DNA of 64,000 nucleotides from Cladosporium halotolerans (Eukaryota): NCBI RefSeq assembly GCF_011745625.1, contig NW_027191456.1, positions 868,001 to 932,000 of the forward strand, read 5' to 3'. Shown piece by piece: positions 61,986 to 64,000 of this stretch (position 1 is its first letter; each line of letters starts with the position of its first letter). The notes under the pieces were generated by a model. It saw only the letters and a program-made list of their open reading frames with translations, ran no database searches and was not told where the DNA came from. The position numbers and the translations under genes were made by a program.

Positions 61986-62593
61986 TTAGTCCTCCTCCTC
62001 CTCACCCTCCTCGCCAACAACGTTGAAGAACTTCAGGCTGTACTCGCCCTTGTTGGTGGCGACGACGCGGAGCCAGTCACGGAGCTGCTGCTTCTTGAGG
62101 AACTTCTTCGTCAGGTACTTGAGGTAGCGGCCGGAGAACTCCTGGTGAGCGACGACCTCGATGCGGCCGTCACCGAGGTTGGTGACGTTGATGCGCTCGC
62201 CGAGGTTGCCGGTCAGGCCGTCAACCTTGATGCGCTGCTGCAGGAAGGTGGTGAAGGCGCTGGCGTCGAAGATACGGTCGTTCACGGGCTGGGTGGCGTT
62301 GATGATGAACTGTGAGAGGGTCGCGTTAGCGATTCTACGATTGTCGCATTGCTGGTTGGATCATCCGTCCTGGGTCCGCACGTACCTTCTTGGTGATCTT
62401 CTGGTTCTTCTTGGGGCCGCCCTTGAGGCCGCCGCCGCCAGCAGTGGGGTTCTTCTGCATTGGAGTCTCAGTATACTGCTCTCAAGCCTGCTGCGCATAT
62501 TTTTTGCATGTCTTTTGCGCGCTCCGATCGGCCGGTGTCTCACGGCGTCGGAGCGGCGCAGCAAAGCGAGATACGTACAGGTCCAGCAACCAT
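61986..62593 (-). CDS. RPL22: 60S ribosomal protein L22e; exons 62593-62579, 62454-62386, 62309-61986
   Basis: KITKKFIINATQPVNDRIFD, FSGRYLKYLTKKFLKKQQLRDWLRVV, acidic C-terminus. Confidence 0.97.
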
Positions 62594-63507
62594 TTTGTCG
62601 GTGAGGTGAAATGTTCCGGGTAGAGGAGCTTGTCGGGATCGGGGACGCAAAGAGATGGGTATCCTACGTCTTGCTGGACTGGAAGGTCTTCGCTCGTCGA
62701 TGCGCAAAGAGGGTCCGTTCATTGCGGTGGGCGCGAAAAGAAATCTTGGCGCGCTATCCGAGCGGCTCGAGGCGAAAGCGGGGCGTTCCCTTCGATGTGG
62801 GTCTCCTCCAACTGCCAGCCGTTCTTCAAACACAATGACCGAGCTACGTTGACATTACCTGATCAATAATAAATTGCTTGTGGCTGTGGTAAATCTGACC
62901 GTGAATTCGTCTCAAATCCGAACCATGAGGAGCATGCCAACACCAGTGAGGGAGGCATCCGGAACGGCATTGTTTGACATGACGAAGCCGCCACTAGAAG
63001 TTGCCCATCATTCTGCTCGCAATGAATGAGACGTTTGTATTCCGTGGCCGAACCTCACATTCCAGGAATCACTTCGGACTGCACAAGACGGTAGGCCATC
63101 CAAAATCGACGCATACGATGGAATATCGCAGGCCTCCGGCTCAGCTATAATGTGACTATGTTGGTCAGCCAGCTTAAGCCGCCAATGTCGGGACATTTGA
63201 TGCCGAACCCTGAGTGCATCCGGGTGCAGGCCATCCACATCGTCCGCCCACCCACTCATTCCGAACAGACTAAGCTAGATACTAACACCAGGTTGTAATG
63301 AACCTCTTATGTCGCTGAAGCATAATGACCAATTTTGGCTCCGCACTTCAGCACCTTCGGTAGCATCGAATACCGACTTGAGCGAGGCAGGCGATTTCCC
63401 CGCTTTCATAGAGATATATATATTCATTGTAGGTCAATTCCCAATTCTCATTACTTCGTATTCTGCCAGTCTGTGAAAGCCAAGGGAAGTTGCAATCATA
63501 TGCGATC

Positions 63508-64000
63508 ATGCGCGGCTTATTACTTACATCATTGGCCGTTCTCCTTCTAGAGAACTCACAAGCAACAGCGTAGGGCCATTTCTTCCACAATGAACGACAA
63601 GAGCGGCGTTGACTGACAGTACGTCGCAGCTTTGTGAGCTATGGCAACGTCCACCCCGTTTCCTATCACCTCGGGTCAGGCCCAGGAATCAATACCACAT
63701 CACCGTACGAAGGCGACATCGAACTCTCTCCTTCGAATCCATTCTTGACGTTGGATTACGGTACAGACAGAGCAGGTTTCCCAATTTTCTCTGCCAAGTC
63801 GCTATCCGGTGCCACCCAGATTGAAGCGAAATACTCGGAAGAATACCCTGCGATCTCGCTGCCTCAAGCTGATGGTCCCTGGCCGTTTACCGTCGGCCTC
63901 GCTAATGCCTTCCGCGTTGAGACTTTTGAGCTCAAGGAGGCTGGAAATGTCCAAAGCTTCTTCGTTCAAGGCGGACAGAGATGGCAAACCCTGCGCCTTC
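63508..64000 (+). CDS. Secreted glycoside hydrolase, probably GH78 alpha-L-rhamnosidase (5' part, runs off the window); exons 63508-63569, 63630->64000
   Basis: Signal peptide MRGLLLTSLAVLLLENSQA; own translation gives LTLDYGTDRAGFP, QIEAKYSE, DGPWPF, AFRVETF, QGGQRWQTLRL; absent from the ORF track. Confidence 0.75.

Noticed and set aside
63802..63987. Minus-strand 61-aa ORF at the window end
   Set aside because: Antisense to the plus-strand GH78-like reading frame
1..64000. Transposons, RIP-degraded AT-rich blocks, tRNA and rRNA genes
   Set aside because: No transposase/RT motifs, LTRs, AT-rich islands or tRNA box A/B cloverleafs recognised by eye; a tRNAscan-SE/Rfam run would be needed to exclude small RNAs

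Overview
Gene-dense, GC-rich window from a filamentous ascomycete: short GT-AG introns with CTRAC-type branch points; a Dothideomycete-like origin is my inference. I reconstructed 26 protein-coding genes by hand, correcting the ORF track for introns. Housekeeping genes: RCC1, a cyclase, Zrg17-like zinc transporter, PIG-Y-domain protein, TFB2, NTF2, ARP8, Aim21-like, Sfl1-like HSF, FAM32A, STE2, a BRCT protein and RPL22. A large secreted PAN/Apple mucin-like protein is followed by a 17-kb run of tailoring-type enzymes with no core synthase (MBOAT, TPR protein, two P450s, NmrA, FAD monooxygenase). Main finds absent from the ORF track: a spliced 56-aa secreted cationic two-cysteine peptide gene head-to-head with the MBOAT; a ~350-nt structured ncRNA candidate; a candidate alternative first exon inside ARP8 intron 2; a folded RPL22 intron; a frame-neutral intron/microexon/intron cassette; recurring C-to-G skew-switch islands; and the 5' end of a GH78 rhamnosidase. 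I saw no tRNA, rRNA, CRISPR or intact transposon. Family calls rest on motif recognition, not database searches.
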